From Promethearchaeia archaeon (GTDB lineage: Archaea > Asgardarchaeota > Lokiarchaeia > Sigyniarchaeales > SOKP01): a stretch of 64,000 bases of DNA. Each line of letters begins with the position of its first letter. Position 1 is the first letter of the stretch. The position numbers and the translations under genes are program-made. Below are positions 36,020-46,532 of the stretch, piece by piece. Location of the stretch: contig JAWOCD010000110.1 of NCBI GenBank assembly GCA_046483985.1, positions 53,023 to 117,022 on the forward strand, in the 5' to 3' direction. Below the pieces are notes generated by a model. It had not been told where the DNA came from. It ran no database searches and saw only the letters and a list, made by a program, of their open reading frames with translations.

Positions 36020-38824
36020 TTATTCATTTCTAAAGCCAAACATATCAGTGCCGAGTAATTTTGCAACGAAGGGAATTAACCAAAAGAGAAGTTTGTAAGA
36101 TGTCTTTCCAATTGTTGAGGTTATGGATGTTTCTATAAAGTTCCTCAAACCAAATGAGAAACTAATCTTGCTTTTCCATCCCTTTTCCCACACGGGCCGA
36201 GTAATAGGTCCTTGCCATGCACCTGGTGGGCTTCCGAACGATCGTACAGATTTCCAATTTTCGTTTTCTTTTTCCCATATCTTTTGAAGCGGCCAATTCT
36301 CAGGTTTCTTCTTGGAATACAGCCAAGTGGGATCCGAAATGAAGTCTTCAGATGTTCCGTCAGTGTATTCTATATGTAAGATAAAATTCAGACCGCCTAT
36401 TCCCCTCGTCCAATTTTTTCCCTCTATACAAATTATATTTTCATTATTTTCCTTCATAAAATCGCTTACATCGAATAGCTGCACAGACTTTACCACCGGA
36501 AGGTGCGATAATGAAAATCGTGAAATCACTTCCCCAACATTTTTTCCATTCACAAAGATTCTCATATGATTTGCTGCAATTCCTTGACAAGTTGCTTGTT
36601 CGATTTCTTTCGATGGCAATACGAAAGTTTTATAAAAGTAAAACCATTTTTGATTACCCCAAGAGGAGTGAAATCTCCTACCCGAACGCCAAATCCAATG
36701 CGCCTTTAATTGATGCATGCTCGGCGCTTTTTGACTCTCTAATGATGACAATGATTGTTGATAATGCCATTGTAACACGTCAAATCGGTGCAGAGGATAT
36801 TGTAACCCTTCTGGGACAGCTTGTAGAAGCCATAATTTCTCATATTTTGATTGAAGATCTTTAATATTTTTTTTTAGCCATTCAAAAAGGGATGTTAATA
36901 TATTATAGAAGGTGAAAGTATCTTTTGTTTCTCCATAATATCTTTTTATGTCCATTAACTGGTTAGCGTTTAAAACTTCTGTGAATTTATCCAATAGGGA
37001 TCTGTCAGTCTGATATGCAATTTTACTGCTTATCAACTTTACACCGTAATGTAAGGCTAATTGGGCTGCAAATCTGATAAAATCGAGGTTATCTTGATTT
37101 TTTTGTATAATTTCTTTATTTTTTACTTTTTTAATTTTTTCTAATACATGGAGACTCTCGTTTATAAAACGAAAAGCATAATTGATCTCTTCCTCGTCAA
37201 TCTCTCGACAATGCGGATCCATCCAAAATCTGTTCATCATCCCGTTCGGAAATGATGGAAGGACTTCATTCTGTTTATTTAAAATCTCCATGCATTCCAT
37301 AATTCGATTATCCTCTGTTCCAAAGAATAACCAATTAAATGCAGTTTTAATATGAGAAACTTCCGCGTCTTTTGCGTTCCATGCTGCCTGTCCTTCTATT
37401 CCCAATCCGTAGTAGAGATTTTCTCTGAAATTTTCGTTGAAAAAATCTCCCCAACTGGTTGTGATATGTCCGATCATTCCCCGCTGTAATCCATCTTGTG
37501 CCATACATATCATATTTTTAGCAGCATAATCATAGTAGGGATAATGCCGGGACCAATCGAATGTTCCGGGGAGTCCAGCAATTGTGAATCCTTTCTCTTT
37601 TAGTTTTGATATGGTAGGATATTTTTCTTTATCCGAATACTCCCAGTATACTATTAATGGAATTTCTCCTTTTACTAACTCGAGCGTTTTGGGATATTTG
37701 TAAATTACATCGTGGGCAATCGTAGGATAGGTTTTTCCATATTTTTTGGCGGTTCGAACAAGAAACAAATACCATTCCGCCAGCACTTCGGCTTCACCTT
37801 TTTCTTCAATATATTCTCTACTCTTCCCAAGCCCAAAATCATGTGATTCATCGCAAATAAGATGAAATGCTTCAGACTTGAAGGCTGGACAGATCTCAGA
37901 GAGTAAATCATCAACGAATTCTTTTGTATCGGGATTCGAAACATCAAAACATTGAGCGCCGGGAAACTCGCCGTATTTTCGGAATTTGCGAATGGTCAAC
38001 AAGTTATCTTGGTGGCCGAATGACTCAAATGCGGGTTGTATTTCAATAAAATGATCCAGGGCATATTCTTCTAATTCAGAGATCATTTTTCTGGTCAACG
38101 GGGCCCTATTTTTTCCGATTCGAGGGTATTTTTCAAATTTAAACATATCTTCAATGTACAGAACTAATACATTTAGTTTTAAGGAACTCATAAACTGAAT
38201 AAATTTTTTAAAGTTCTCCATGGTAGGTCTTTGACCGCGTGAGATATCATCTACAAGCCCTCTTATCTCAAAGTCAGGATAATCGATTATTTCACAAGTA
38301 GGGTAATATATTTGAGAATTTTTTACTCTTAATAATTGACTTAAGGAGAGAAAAGCATAATAGGCTCCTCTCTTGGTCCAAGATTCAATTATTATCTCTC
38401 CAGATTTTGCAGATAAATAATATGCTTCACTTCGAGCATTATCTGAAAGGAGATCTTGAAATTGCTCATTTTTTTTTATTTTCTCCTCCTTCTTTTGGGA
38501 ATATTTCAGTTCAAAGGAGATTGGATCTGCACTTATGATATGTGTATTGAGCCATTGAGGGATATTTGCACAAAACTCCTCTCTCGTAAATTCGGGTTCT
38601 GGAATTGGAGGAAGATCACCTCTCCGGGCCATCTCCTCTTGGGAGATAAAAGCCCCTTTGATTTGAACATTTAAACTAATCGAGAATGGATGCCATTTTC
38701 TGTTTGTAGAAAACTCCTTGGGAAGGGGCAGCATACTCTTCCGAATATCTCTCGGAGTAGAAAAAAGCCGTAGTTCTCCTTCTTTTTCTTTTATTTTCTC
38801 CCATGTAAGTTTAATCCGGACCAT
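36020..38824 (-). CDS. Glycoside hydrolase family 20 (beta-N-acetylhexosaminidase-like) with C-terminal beta-sandwich
   Basis: I.DYP.F..RG...DISRG, ESFGH, FHLICDE catalytic DE, TSWGD. Confidence 0.88.
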   Translation of the reverse strand: MVRIKLTWEKIKEKEGELRLFSTPRDIRKSMLPLPKEFSTNRKWHPFSISLNVQIKGAFISQEEMARRGDLPPIPEPEFTREEFCANIPQWLNTHIISADPISFELKYSQKKEEKIKKNEQFQDLLSDNARSEAYYLSAKSGEIIIESWTKRGAYYAFLSLSQLLRVKNSQIYYPTCEIIDYPDFEIRGLVDDISRGQRPTMENFKKFIQFMSSLKLNVLVLYIEDMFKFEKYPRIGKNRAPLTRKMISELEEYALDHFIEIQPAFESFGHQDNLLTIRKFRKYGEFPGAQCFDVSNPDTKEFVDDLLSEICPAFKSEAFHLICDESHDFGLGKSREYIEEKGEAEVLAEWYLFLVRTAKKYGKTYPTIAHDVIYKYPKTLELVKGEIPLIVYWEYSDKEKYPTISKLKEKGFTIAGLPGTFDWSRHYPYYDYAAKNMICMAQDGLQRGMIGHITTSWGDFFNENFRENLYYGLGIEGQAAWNAKDAEVSHIKTAFNWLFFGTEDNRIMECMEILNKQNEVLPSFPNGMMNRFWMDPHCREIDEEEINYAFRFINESLHVLEKIKKVKNKEIIQKNQDNLDFIRFAAQLALHYGVKLISSKIAYQTDRSLLDKFTEVLNANQLMDIKRYYGETKDTFTFYNILTSLFEWLKKNIKDLQSKYEKLWLLQAVPEGLQYPLHRFDVLQWHYQQSLSSLESQKAPSMHQLKAHWIWRSGRRFHSSWGNQKWFYFYKTFVLPSKEIEQATCQGIAANHMRIFVNGKNVGEVISRFSLSHLPVVKSVQLFDVSDFMKENNENIICIEGKNWTRGIGGLNFILHIEYTDGTSEDFISDPTWLYSKKKPENWPLQKIWEKENENWKSVRSFGSPPGAWQGPITRPVWEKGWKSKISFSFGLRNFIETSITSTIGKTSYKLLFWLIPFVAKLLGTDMFGFRNE

Positions 38825-38913
38825 AAATTAGTTGACCTTAAGTTCAATAATAATCCAATTTTACTAAATTATATTACATAAAAAAATAATTAGTAAAGAT
38901 TTTAAGGATTTTT

Positions 38914-39483
38914 ATGGAAACGGAAGACTCTGGAGAAGAGAAATCATTAGAAAATCAAGATTTAACGTCTGTAAATGTAAGTAAAAAAGTCGCATCAGCG
39001 GGAATCTTTATCGTTGTAGGGTTAATCTTAAGTTATCTGAATCCATTTGCTTATTTCACTCTATTTGGCACGAAAATTAATCCCTTTGCCCACATCATTA
39101 ATGCTATTACTGGTGTATTGCTGGGCTTATCCTTTTCTCTGATTACCGCATTTGGAATTGCAATCTTACGGTTTAGTCTGGGGATCGGGTCTATTCATGC
39201 TTTTCATGGGGGGATGGCGGGAGCGTTAGTAGTGGGATCGATTGCTCGTTTAATCTGGAAGAGAAAACCAGAATTCGTGAAAAATGCGGCCTTTGCAGAA
39301 CCTATTGGAACTATCTTTATTGGCGGTACAATTGCGCAGCTTATTGCCCCTATTGGTGGTATTGAAGGGTTTTTTGTTTACTGGGGTTTATTTGCTGCGA
39401 GTTGCATTCCGGGAGCAATTATTGGATTTATTGTCTTAAAAATTCTTGAACATTCAAATATCTCTCGAAAAGATTATAATTAA
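38914..39483 (+). CDS. thiW: ECF transporter S component, ThiW family
   Basis: PF.HIIN...GVLLG, LR..LG.G...AF.G.M.GA, EPIGT..IG. Confidence 0.85.
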   Translation: METEDSGEEKSLENQDLTSVNVSKKVASAGIFIVVGLILSYLNPFAYFTLFGTKINPFAHIINAITGVLLGLSFSLITAFGIAILRFSLGIGSIHAFHGGMAGALVVGSIARLIWKRKPEFVKNAAFAEPIGTIFIGGTIAQLIAPIGGIEGFFVYWGLFAASCIPGAIIGFIVLKILEHSNISRKDYN

Positions 39484-39484
39484 A

Positions 39485-40087
39485 ATGAAATTTTCTCCAA
39501 CTTTTTTTAAAGGTTGTCTGGGAAAAAGCACTATTTTATATGGAGAAAGCAACACCGGAAAGACTTACTATACTGCGGAGTTTATTAAATTCCTTCTGGA
39601 AACAAAAAAAACTTCTCAAGACTCGATAACTATTCTTGATTTTGCTCCGAAAAAGGAGATAATTGCGGATAAGAAAATTGGCGGTAAAATCCGATCCTTT
39701 TATAATAAAAGTAAAACCTGTAAATATTATTCTGTAAAAGGTGAAATAATCCCAGCGCGCTTAATGGCTGAGAACAAGGAAGAACTTTATAAGTACAAGT
39801 GCCACAATCTGAAACTATGTCATACACTACTAGAGCAATATACGAATAATCCTACACCCTTTTTGGTCATAAATGATATTTCCATTTATCTACATTTAAA
39901 TAAAGTTAAGACCTTATTGAAGTATATAAGGCTGGCTGATACATTTTTCGGTAATAGTTATTATGGGACAGGTATAAAGTCGGATTTTTCACGGATATTA
40001 AGCATTTTAGAAAAGAAACGAGTAGAAAAATTGATTAGTTATATGGATACTAGTCGTCATTTAACAGAAAAGTTGGAAAATACATAA
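39485..40087 (+). CDS. P-loop NTPase-like conserved archaeal protein
   Basis: ILYGESNTGKT Walker A, ILDFAP, LVINDISIYLH. Confidence 0.75.
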   Translation: MKFSPTFFKGCLGKSTILYGESNTGKTYYTAEFIKFLLETKKTSQDSITILDFAPKKEIIADKKIGGKIRSFYNKSKTCKYYSVKGEIIPARLMAENKEELYKYKCHNLKLCHTLLEQYTNNPTPFLVINDISIYLHLNKVKTLLKYIRLADTFFGNSYYGTGIKSDFSRILSILEKKRVEKLISYMDTSRHLTEKLENT

Positions 40088-40091
40088 GATC

Positions 40092-40526
40092 TTATTTTTT
40101 AGGAGGAAAAATTACATTTTCTGCCCCAGCATATTGATCTAAAAAATTCTGGACCAAATTTTGAAACTCCTTACCGAGAGTAATGAATTTCTGAAACTCT
40201 TCAACCTCAGAACCAAATTCTTGCGCTAAAATTCTATTTACAAGGCTAGTATTTTTATTAAATCCGTCTAGCTTTTTTGAATGATAATCGTCCACAGCAA
40301 TAGTCCTGAAAGAATGTAAGGAAGCTAAAATCAAATTGGAAATGGTATTGTAATCGTTGGAGTTTTTTTTCGAAAATAGCTCTTGTACAAGCGTTAAAAG
40401 AATGTTAAACTTTTTCTTTTGGAGTTCTTTTTTTTGCTGTTTTTCATAGGAAGAATCAGAAATCTTATCCCCTTTTTGCTCCATTTTTATGTGTGTATAA
40501 AATTTCTTCAGTATTGATTCTGGCAT
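40092..40526 (-). CDS. Hypothetical protein
   Basis: 144-aa ORF with GGAG RBS; family not recognised. Confidence 0.55.
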   Translation of the reverse strand: MPESILKKFYTHIKMEQKGDKISDSSYEKQQKKELQKKKFNILLTLVQELFSKKNSNDYNTISNLILASLHSFRTIAVDDYHSKKLDGFNKNTSLVNRILAQEFGSEVEEFQKFITLGKEFQNLVQNFLDQYAGAENVIFPPKK

Positions 40527-40695
40527 AATTATTGCTCCGTTTTATTCAATCTTAAAATTCTTTTTCAAATCTAACTTTCTTACACAATAAAGTGTGATGT
40601 TCTTATTTATTTATTATTTATTTAAAAAATAAATTTTTTCCGCTTTCAAATTAAATTATAAAATTTTTAAGTACAAGAGGCTTAGAAATCCAATT

Positions 40696-41148
40696 TTACT
40701 TTTTCAAGTTTATAAAATTTGTTAATTTAAAGGTGTCAATAAAGGAACTTACATCCATTTGAGTTTTGACTCCATCTATTGTCTTAATATTATTATTGAT
40801 AAATCTCCATAACTTTTTCTCATTTTCCGCGATCAATTGTACGACCACATCATGGTCCCCTGTGGATGTGGCTACAATCTGTACTTCGTCATATTTCGCA
40901 AGTATCTTCGCGATTTCTCGCATTTTTAAAGCATCTACGGATAACCCTAACCATGCAATTGTATGATATCCCACCTTTTTGGGATCAACTATAGCACTAA
41001 AACTCTTAATAATTCCTTCTTTTTCCAATTTCTTCACTCTTGAATGAACCGTGCTCGCTGCTAAATCAAGCTTGTCAGCAATTGATTTATAGGATATTTT
41101 ATCATCTTTTTGCAGTAGATTGAGTATTTCTCTGTCTTTATTGTCCAT
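40696..41148 (-). CDS. Lrp/AsnC family transcriptional regulator
   Basis: MDNKDREIL..LQ.D...SY..IA..L.....TV..RVKKLE..GII; TGDHD. Confidence 0.95.
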   Translation of the reverse strand: MDNKDREILNLLQKDDKISYKSIADKLDLAASTVHSRVKKLEKEGIIKSFSAIVDPKKVGYHTIAWLGLSVDALKMREIAKILAKYDEVQIVATSTGDHDVVVQLIAENEKKLWRFINNNIKTIDGVKTQMDVSSFIDTFKLTNFINLKK

Positions 41149-41738
41149 TATTCTTTTCTTATCCGCTGTTCACTAATTAATATTTTTAAAATTTACTCAT
41201 TTATGAATGATGATAGAAAAAATAAAAATATATCGAATATCATTCGATGGTTAAATATTTTCATTTCATATCATAGTTTTACACCGACAAATTTCATCAA
41301 CGATTTAAAATTAAAGGAAAGAATTATTGGATGTCATAAATTATCTGTTATGTATATATCTCCAAGGAAGTAGTGTCTTTAAAAGTGTCTTTAATAAATT
41401 GGTCAAAAAAATCTTTTCAAAAGAAATTAACTATGATCAAGAGATCTATAGTGTTTATTTCGTGGTGGCATTATTGTTTGATAAATTTATTTCCTTAGAT
41501 GTGGCAGAAATCACTTTAAAAAAAAGAATAAAAGAATTAAAAACTAACATCTAAAATCTATTTCGTATAACGGGATTTCATTATCAAAATATTAGGTTTT
41601 TTATCTTTTTTATCGAATAGTAATTCATAAAAAGGATTTTCTTAAAATTTTATCCGATATTTATAAAAAATATGGAATAATAATTTTATTGGAAACTTTA
41701 TTAAAAATTATATTCAAATTATATATAAGGAATTCAAA

Positions 41739-42395
41739 ATGAAAAAAACGCATTTGGTCATTTTTGGCCCTCCTGGTGCGGGAAAGGGAACATTTAGTCA
41801 AAGAATAAAGAAAATTCTACATAATCTTGTTCATATTAGCACAGGAGACATTTTCCGGGAAAATATTAAAGATGGAACAGAATTGGGAAAAAAAATTAAA
41901 CATTATATGGATGAAGGGAAATTAGTTCCTGATAAAATTACAAATGCTGTGTTGAAAAATAAACTCGAAGACGTATCCGATAAATCATGGATTTTGGATG
42001 GATATCCGAGGAACTTAGAACAATGTAAATATTTAGATTCAATTACTGAAGTTGATAAAGCATTATATTTGGAATTATCCCAAGAGAGAATAAAAAAGCG
42101 TGTATTGGGACGATTTAAATGTCCTCAGTGTGGAAATATCTATAATAAATGGACACTCCCTCCCAAAGAAAAGATCGGAGAAAATAAATGGATTTGCGAT
42201 AAATGTGGAGCAAAAATGGAGTTTAACCAGAGAAATGATGATACCGAAGAGACTTTGGAAAAGCGCCTTGATATTTACGAAAAAAATATTACACCCATTA
42301 TCAATTATTATAATAATAAGGATAAACTGAAAAAGATTGATGCAAGGAAAACCTTAAAGTTTTCCGATGAGAAAGTCATTGATATTGTAACTTAA
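41739..42395 (+). CDS. adk: Adenylate kinase, long form with Zn-binding LID
   Basis: GPPGAGKGT, HISTGDIFR, LDGYPR, C..C...C..C LID, QR.DD. Confidence 0.93.
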   Translation: MKKTHLVIFGPPGAGKGTFSQRIKKILHNLVHISTGDIFRENIKDGTELGKKIKHYMDEGKLVPDKITNAVLKNKLEDVSDKSWILDGYPRNLEQCKYLDSITEVDKALYLELSQERIKKRVLGRFKCPQCGNIYNKWTLPPKEKIGENKWICDKCGAKMEFNQRNDDTEETLEKRLDIYEKNITPIINYYNNKDKLKKIDARKTLKFSDEKVIDIVT

Positions 42396-42461
42396 AATTC
42401 ACTAAGCTAACGCTTAGTGAACTCGTAGGAATCCCCATCCTTTAGGGCGGGGAGACTTCAA
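42396..42461 (+). mobile_element. IS200/IS605 right-end/omegaRNA fragment directly after the adk stop
   Basis: TTCACTAAGC-TAAC-GCTTAGTGAA hairpin then GGAATCCCCATCCTTTAGGGCGGGGAGACTTCAA. Confidence 0.75.
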
Positions 42462-42549
42462 TGTTTAATTTGTTTCTCGTAATTTTTTTTTAATTTGATT
42501 TATTTTCAAACTTAAACAACTATTAGTACTTAATAAGGATGTAAAAACA

Positions 42550-42975
42550 ATGATGGAAAGATCGCTCGTATTAATAAAGCCCGACGCCACTCGAAGGAAA
42601 TTAATTGGAAAGATTTTATCTCGCTTTGAAGAGAATAATCTCACCATAAAAGCCCTTAAAATGCTTAAAATCTCTAAAGAGTTGGCAGAAAAACACTATG
42701 CAGAACATAAAGGAAAGGATTTTTATGACGATTTAATTAAGTTTATAACTTCAGGTCCTGCAATAGCATTAATTTTGGAAGGAAAAAATGCAATTTCTTA
42801 CATTCGAGAATTGGTCGGAGCCACAAATCCAGCTGAAGCAAAGAAGGGAACAATTCGGGGAGATTTAAAAAAAGAGCCAGTTACATCTGTCACAGAAAAT
42901 ATGGTTCATGCCTCTGATTCTCTGGAATCTGCCAAACGAGAAATCACCTTATTCTTCGGGGAGAGATATCTTTAG
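42550..42975 (+). CDS. ndk: Nucleoside diphosphate kinase
   Basis: ERSLVLIKPDA, HYAEH, GATNP, GTIRGD, NMVHASDS. Confidence 0.97.
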   Translation: MMERSLVLIKPDATRRKLIGKILSRFEENNLTIKALKMLKISKELAEKHYAEHKGKDFYDDLIKFITSGPAIALILEGKNAISYIRELVGATNPAEAKKGTIRGDLKKEPVTSVTENMVHASDSLESAKREITLFFGERYL

Positions 42976-43071
42976 TCAATAATTTAAGCACGATATTGAT
43001 TTCGAAGTATCCCATACACCTTTCAGTTTAAACTTATGAGTTTAAATTATTTCATTTCTTATTTTTGAATA

Positions 43072-43818
43072 ATGTCATTTAGTTCAGAAAAAATTTGTAT
43101 TGCAATTCCGCTTTTCACAAGTAATAGAGAGCAGATTGCTCCTCTAATTGAGGAAGCGTGTAATAAAGAGCCTGATTTTCTTGAAATCCGGTTTGATTAT
43201 ATGGATGATATAAGCGAGATTTCAGAAAATTTTCTTCAATTTTTAATGTCAGAAAATCAAGACATACCTTATATATTCACCTTCCGTCATCCCTCTGAAG
43301 GAGGGCAAAGCGAAGTAAGCACTAAAAAACAAGTGGAAATAGTTCATACATTAATCAATAGTAAACCCCAATTCATTGATATTGAATTAAATAAAGAATA
43401 TAAATATTTAAGCGAACTTATTGCCCCAGCTATTGATTTGGGAGTCAACCTTATCTTTTCTTATCACAATTTCCATAAAACCCCTAACCTTGATGAGCTG
43501 GAAAAATTAATAAAGCAGTTTGAAAAAAAATTGATTACTGAAATCGAACAAGATTACGGAAACTGGAAGCATATCTATAAGGTAATCCCCACGGCTCAGC
43601 GTTTTACCGATAATTTAATTTCTTTAGAACTATGTAAATCTCTTTCCCAGCATGGTATGATGGTCGTCAGTTTTTGTATGGGGGAAAAGGGAATTTTTTC
43701 TCGCGTCTTATCTCTAAAAGCGGGCTCATTTTTCACTTATGCCTCATCGGGCGAAAAAACAGCACCGGGACAAGTGAATATAGATGTCGTTCGGAAAATA
43801 TTAAGTTTAATTGAATGA
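43072..43818 (+). CDS. aroD: Type I 3-dehydroquinate dehydratase
   Basis: EIRFD, FTFR...EGG, SYHNF..TP, FCMG..G..SR, TAPGQ. Confidence 0.93.
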   Translation: MSFSSEKICIAIPLFTSNREQIAPLIEEACNKEPDFLEIRFDYMDDISEISENFLQFLMSENQDIPYIFTFRHPSEGGQSEVSTKKQVEIVHTLINSKPQFIDIELNKEYKYLSELIAPAIDLGVNLIFSYHNFHKTPNLDELEKLIKQFEKKLITEIEQDYGNWKHIYKVIPTAQRFTDNLISLELCKSLSQHGMMVVSFCMGEKGIFSRVLSLKAGSFFTYASSGEKTAPGQVNIDVVRKILSLIE

Positions 43819-43921
43819 AAAGGCGTACATCTCTATTATTTGATGGATCGGATTTTTTGGATAGTAACAATAAAATCAGATAGTAACATTTATAAGAAAT
43901 TGAAGTCCTCTATATCTTATT

Positions 43922-45124
43922 ATGTCACCAAAAAAGAGAGTGAATGATGATAAAATTCTTAGATACTTAGAAGATCATACCTATGATGAGACCCAAGAGA
44001 AGTTTGGAATTTCTCGTATGACAATTTCACGAGTAAAAAAGCGAAATAAGGTTGTTATAGTCCCAGACAAAATAAATCTAGCTATTGCTGGAATTGGTAA
44101 TGCTGCATCAGCTTTAATCCAAGGAATTGAATATTATAAATCGCGCACTGATAATACGGGACTTTTACATCCGATGTTTGCAGGATATCATATTTCAGAT
44201 ATTAAAATTAGTGCAGCCTTCGATATCTCTGATAAAAAAGTAAAGAAATCGCTGAATAGCGCGTTAAAAGCAAATGAATTGGAGATAATTAGTAATATCG
44301 ATAATCAAAATACAAAAGTATCAATGGGTGAAATTAAGGATGGAATGATTAAAGAAACTGAAAAACTGATTAACCCCTCTTCTGAGGAACCTGCTGATGT
44401 TGCACAAATACTTGAGAATACAGATACAGAGATCTTGTTATGTTTATTACCTTCAGGAGCCGAAGAGGCTGTGTCTTATTATGCTGAAGAAGCTTTGGAA
44501 GCAGGGTGCGCGTTCATTAACGCAACTCCGAGTATTCTTGCAGGAGATAAAAAGATGAGCCAAAAATATCAAGATAAAGGATTACCACTAATAGGAGATG
44601 ACTTACAGGATCAATTTGGTGCAACTATACTGCATAAATTAATTCTCCAACAAATGGTTGATCAAGGTGTAGAAGTTAAAGAAAGCTATGCTTTAGACGT
44701 CGGGGGAGGATTAGAATCCCTTAACACGATACATCGTACACGCCATATCAAGAGGAAGATAAAAAGTAATTCTGTGGCGGGCTCTCTGAATATTGATGCT
44801 CCAATCGTTGCCGGCACGTCCGATTATGTACCCCACATGGGAAATAATCGAAATTCAATGTTATGGCTTGTAGGGAAAGGATTTTTGGGCAGTGAAATTG
44901 TAATGGATATTAAGATACAGACCACTGACGGACCCAATGGAGGGGCAATATTGGCCGATGTTATCAGAGCAACAAAAATCGCCCTACAGCAAGGAGCTAG
45001 TGGCGTTGTTAATGAAATTTCTTGTTATGGGTTCAAAAATCCTCCAACTGGGGTGGAGTCCCCCCAAAAAGCATTAGAACATTTAGCTCAATTTGTCTTA
45101 GGAGGAGGTATGGAAAAATGTTGA
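43922..45124 (+). CDS. HTH-fused divergent myo-inositol-1-phosphate synthase homologue
   Basis: N-terminal HTH (TYDETQEKFGISRMTISRVKKR); AIAGIGNAASALIQG, GCAFINATP, GDDLQDQFGAT. Confidence 0.85.
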   Translation: MSPKKRVNDDKILRYLEDHTYDETQEKFGISRMTISRVKKRNKVVIVPDKINLAIAGIGNAASALIQGIEYYKSRTDNTGLLHPMFAGYHISDIKISAAFDISDKKVKKSLNSALKANELEIISNIDNQNTKVSMGEIKDGMIKETEKLINPSSEEPADVAQILENTDTEILLCLLPSGAEEAVSYYAEEALEAGCAFINATPSILAGDKKMSQKYQDKGLPLIGDDLQDQFGATILHKLILQQMVDQGVEVKESYALDVGGGLESLNTIHRTRHIKRKIKSNSVAGSLNIDAPIVAGTSDYVPHMGNNRNSMLWLVGKGFLGSEIVMDIKIQTTDGPNGGAILADVIRATKIALQQGASGVVNEISCYGFKNPPTGVESPQKALEHLAQFVLGGGMEKC

Positions 45125-46284
45125 ATGAAGAATCGTCTAATAGAGAAATTAAAGTGGCGATTGCGGGCTTAGGAAACGTTGCCGCAGCCCTTGTTATGGG
45201 AATTGAATTTTATAGCAATATAAAGGAAGAGGATATGTATGAAGCGGGCTTGATGAATGCCTCAATTGGAGGATATTTACCCTCTGACATTAAAATTGTT
45301 GTTGCGTTTGATGTAGCCACTACCAAGATAAATAAGGATATATCCGAGGCGATCTATGCCGAACCGAATATGTGTCAAGAAATTATTCCTCCAGAGGAGA
45401 TGCCGAAACTCGATGCCCTATGCTATCCGGGACCCATTTCAGACGGTTGTTATCGAACCTATGACAAGGATGAGGATATAGTTTTTGATACCTATCAATA
45501 TTTTAGAGCGTATAACAAAGAGGAAGTAGAACCAATTGATATTGTTGAGGTTTTAAATGAAAATGAAGCCGAAATCCTTATCAATTTGTTGCCCGTGGGG
45601 AGTTATGAAGCATCACGTATTTACGCACAAGCCGCTTTGGACGCGAACTGCGCATTTATAAATGGTATTCCGGAATTTATTGTCTCAGAACAAGTGGAGG
45701 GAGACAAAAATTGGGTACAGGAATTCAAACAAAAAGGCTTACCATGCGCTGGAGATGATATAAAATCTCAAGTCGGGGCGACCATTCTTCATAGACTACT
45801 AGCGAAAGTTTTCTTGGACAGAGGGGTTATTGTTGATGACACCTATCAACTTAACATCGGTGGAAACGGAGACTTTTATAATATGAAATCGGAATCGAGA
45901 TTACAAACTAAAAGAAAGTCCAAAACCTCTGCAGTTACCAGCGTCCTTCCTTACGGTGAGAAAGTTGGCTGTAGAATCGGTCCAAGTGATTATGTCCCCT
46001 TTTTAGAAGACAAGAAGATTTGCTATATCAGGGTCAATGGTACGACATTTGGGGGATTACCGTTAGTGTGTGATTTAAAACTCCGGGTGGAAGATTCCCC
46101 TAACTCTGCGGGATTAATGATGGATCTCATTAGAGAAACTAAACTCGCATTGGATAGAGGCATCTCGGGACGCTTGGAGAGTATTTGTTCATTCAGCTTT
46201 AAACATCCGCACATTCAACCGCCTTCTGACTTTGAGGCCAAAAAATGGGTAAAAGAATTTATTGAGGGAAAACGAGAGCGGTAA
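45118..46284 (+). CDS. ino1: myo-inositol-1-phosphate synthase
   Basis: GDDIKSQVGATILHR, YQLNIGGNGDF.NM, K..SKT, GPSDYVP.L.D.K, EDSPNSAG. Confidence 0.95.
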   Translation: MLNEESSNREIKVAIAGLGNVAAALVMGIEFYSNIKEEDMYEAGLMNASIGGYLPSDIKIVVAFDVATTKINKDISEAIYAEPNMCQEIIPPEEMPKLDALCYPGPISDGCYRTYDKDEDIVFDTYQYFRAYNKEEVEPIDIVEVLNENEAEILINLLPVGSYEASRIYAQAALDANCAFINGIPEFIVSEQVEGDKNWVQEFKQKGLPCAGDDIKSQVGATILHRLLAKVFLDRGVIVDDTYQLNIGGNGDFYNMKSESRLQTKRKSKTSAVTSVLPYGEKVGCRIGPSDYVPFLEDKKICYIRVNGTTFGGLPLVCDLKLRVEDSPNSAGLMMDLIRETKLALDRGISGRLESICSFSFKHPHIQPPSDFEAKKWVKEFIEGKRER

Positions 46285-46351
46285 ATATAATCTGCTTAAA
46301 TTTTTTTATTTTTTTCCTATAATATAAATTATTTTCGTAAGATATTTATAG

Positions 46352-46492
46352 AAACCCCGAATTGAACGTCCCCGAAGGAACGATGAACTTGATTATACTT
46401 TTTAAGGATATTTATACTTCCCACTAAATTTCTTAATGTACGGAATATATTTGATCTCATTCTCGCCCTAAAGGACGGGTATTCTTTTGCCT
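46352..46492 (-). mobile_element. IS200/IS605-derived miniature element (right end lost)
   Basis: Left end TTTAA|AGGCAAAAGAATACCCGTCCTTTAGGGCGAG; internal block encodes LVGSINILKKYN and matches ~57863-57920. Confidence 0.7.
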
Positions 46493-46532
46493 TTAAAATA
46501 AAAAAAAGAAATTGTATTTAATTAGAATTAGT

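Noticed and set aside
41327-41554. 75-aa ORF between lrp and adk
   Set aside because: TTG start, AT-rich, no motif; cannot be supported
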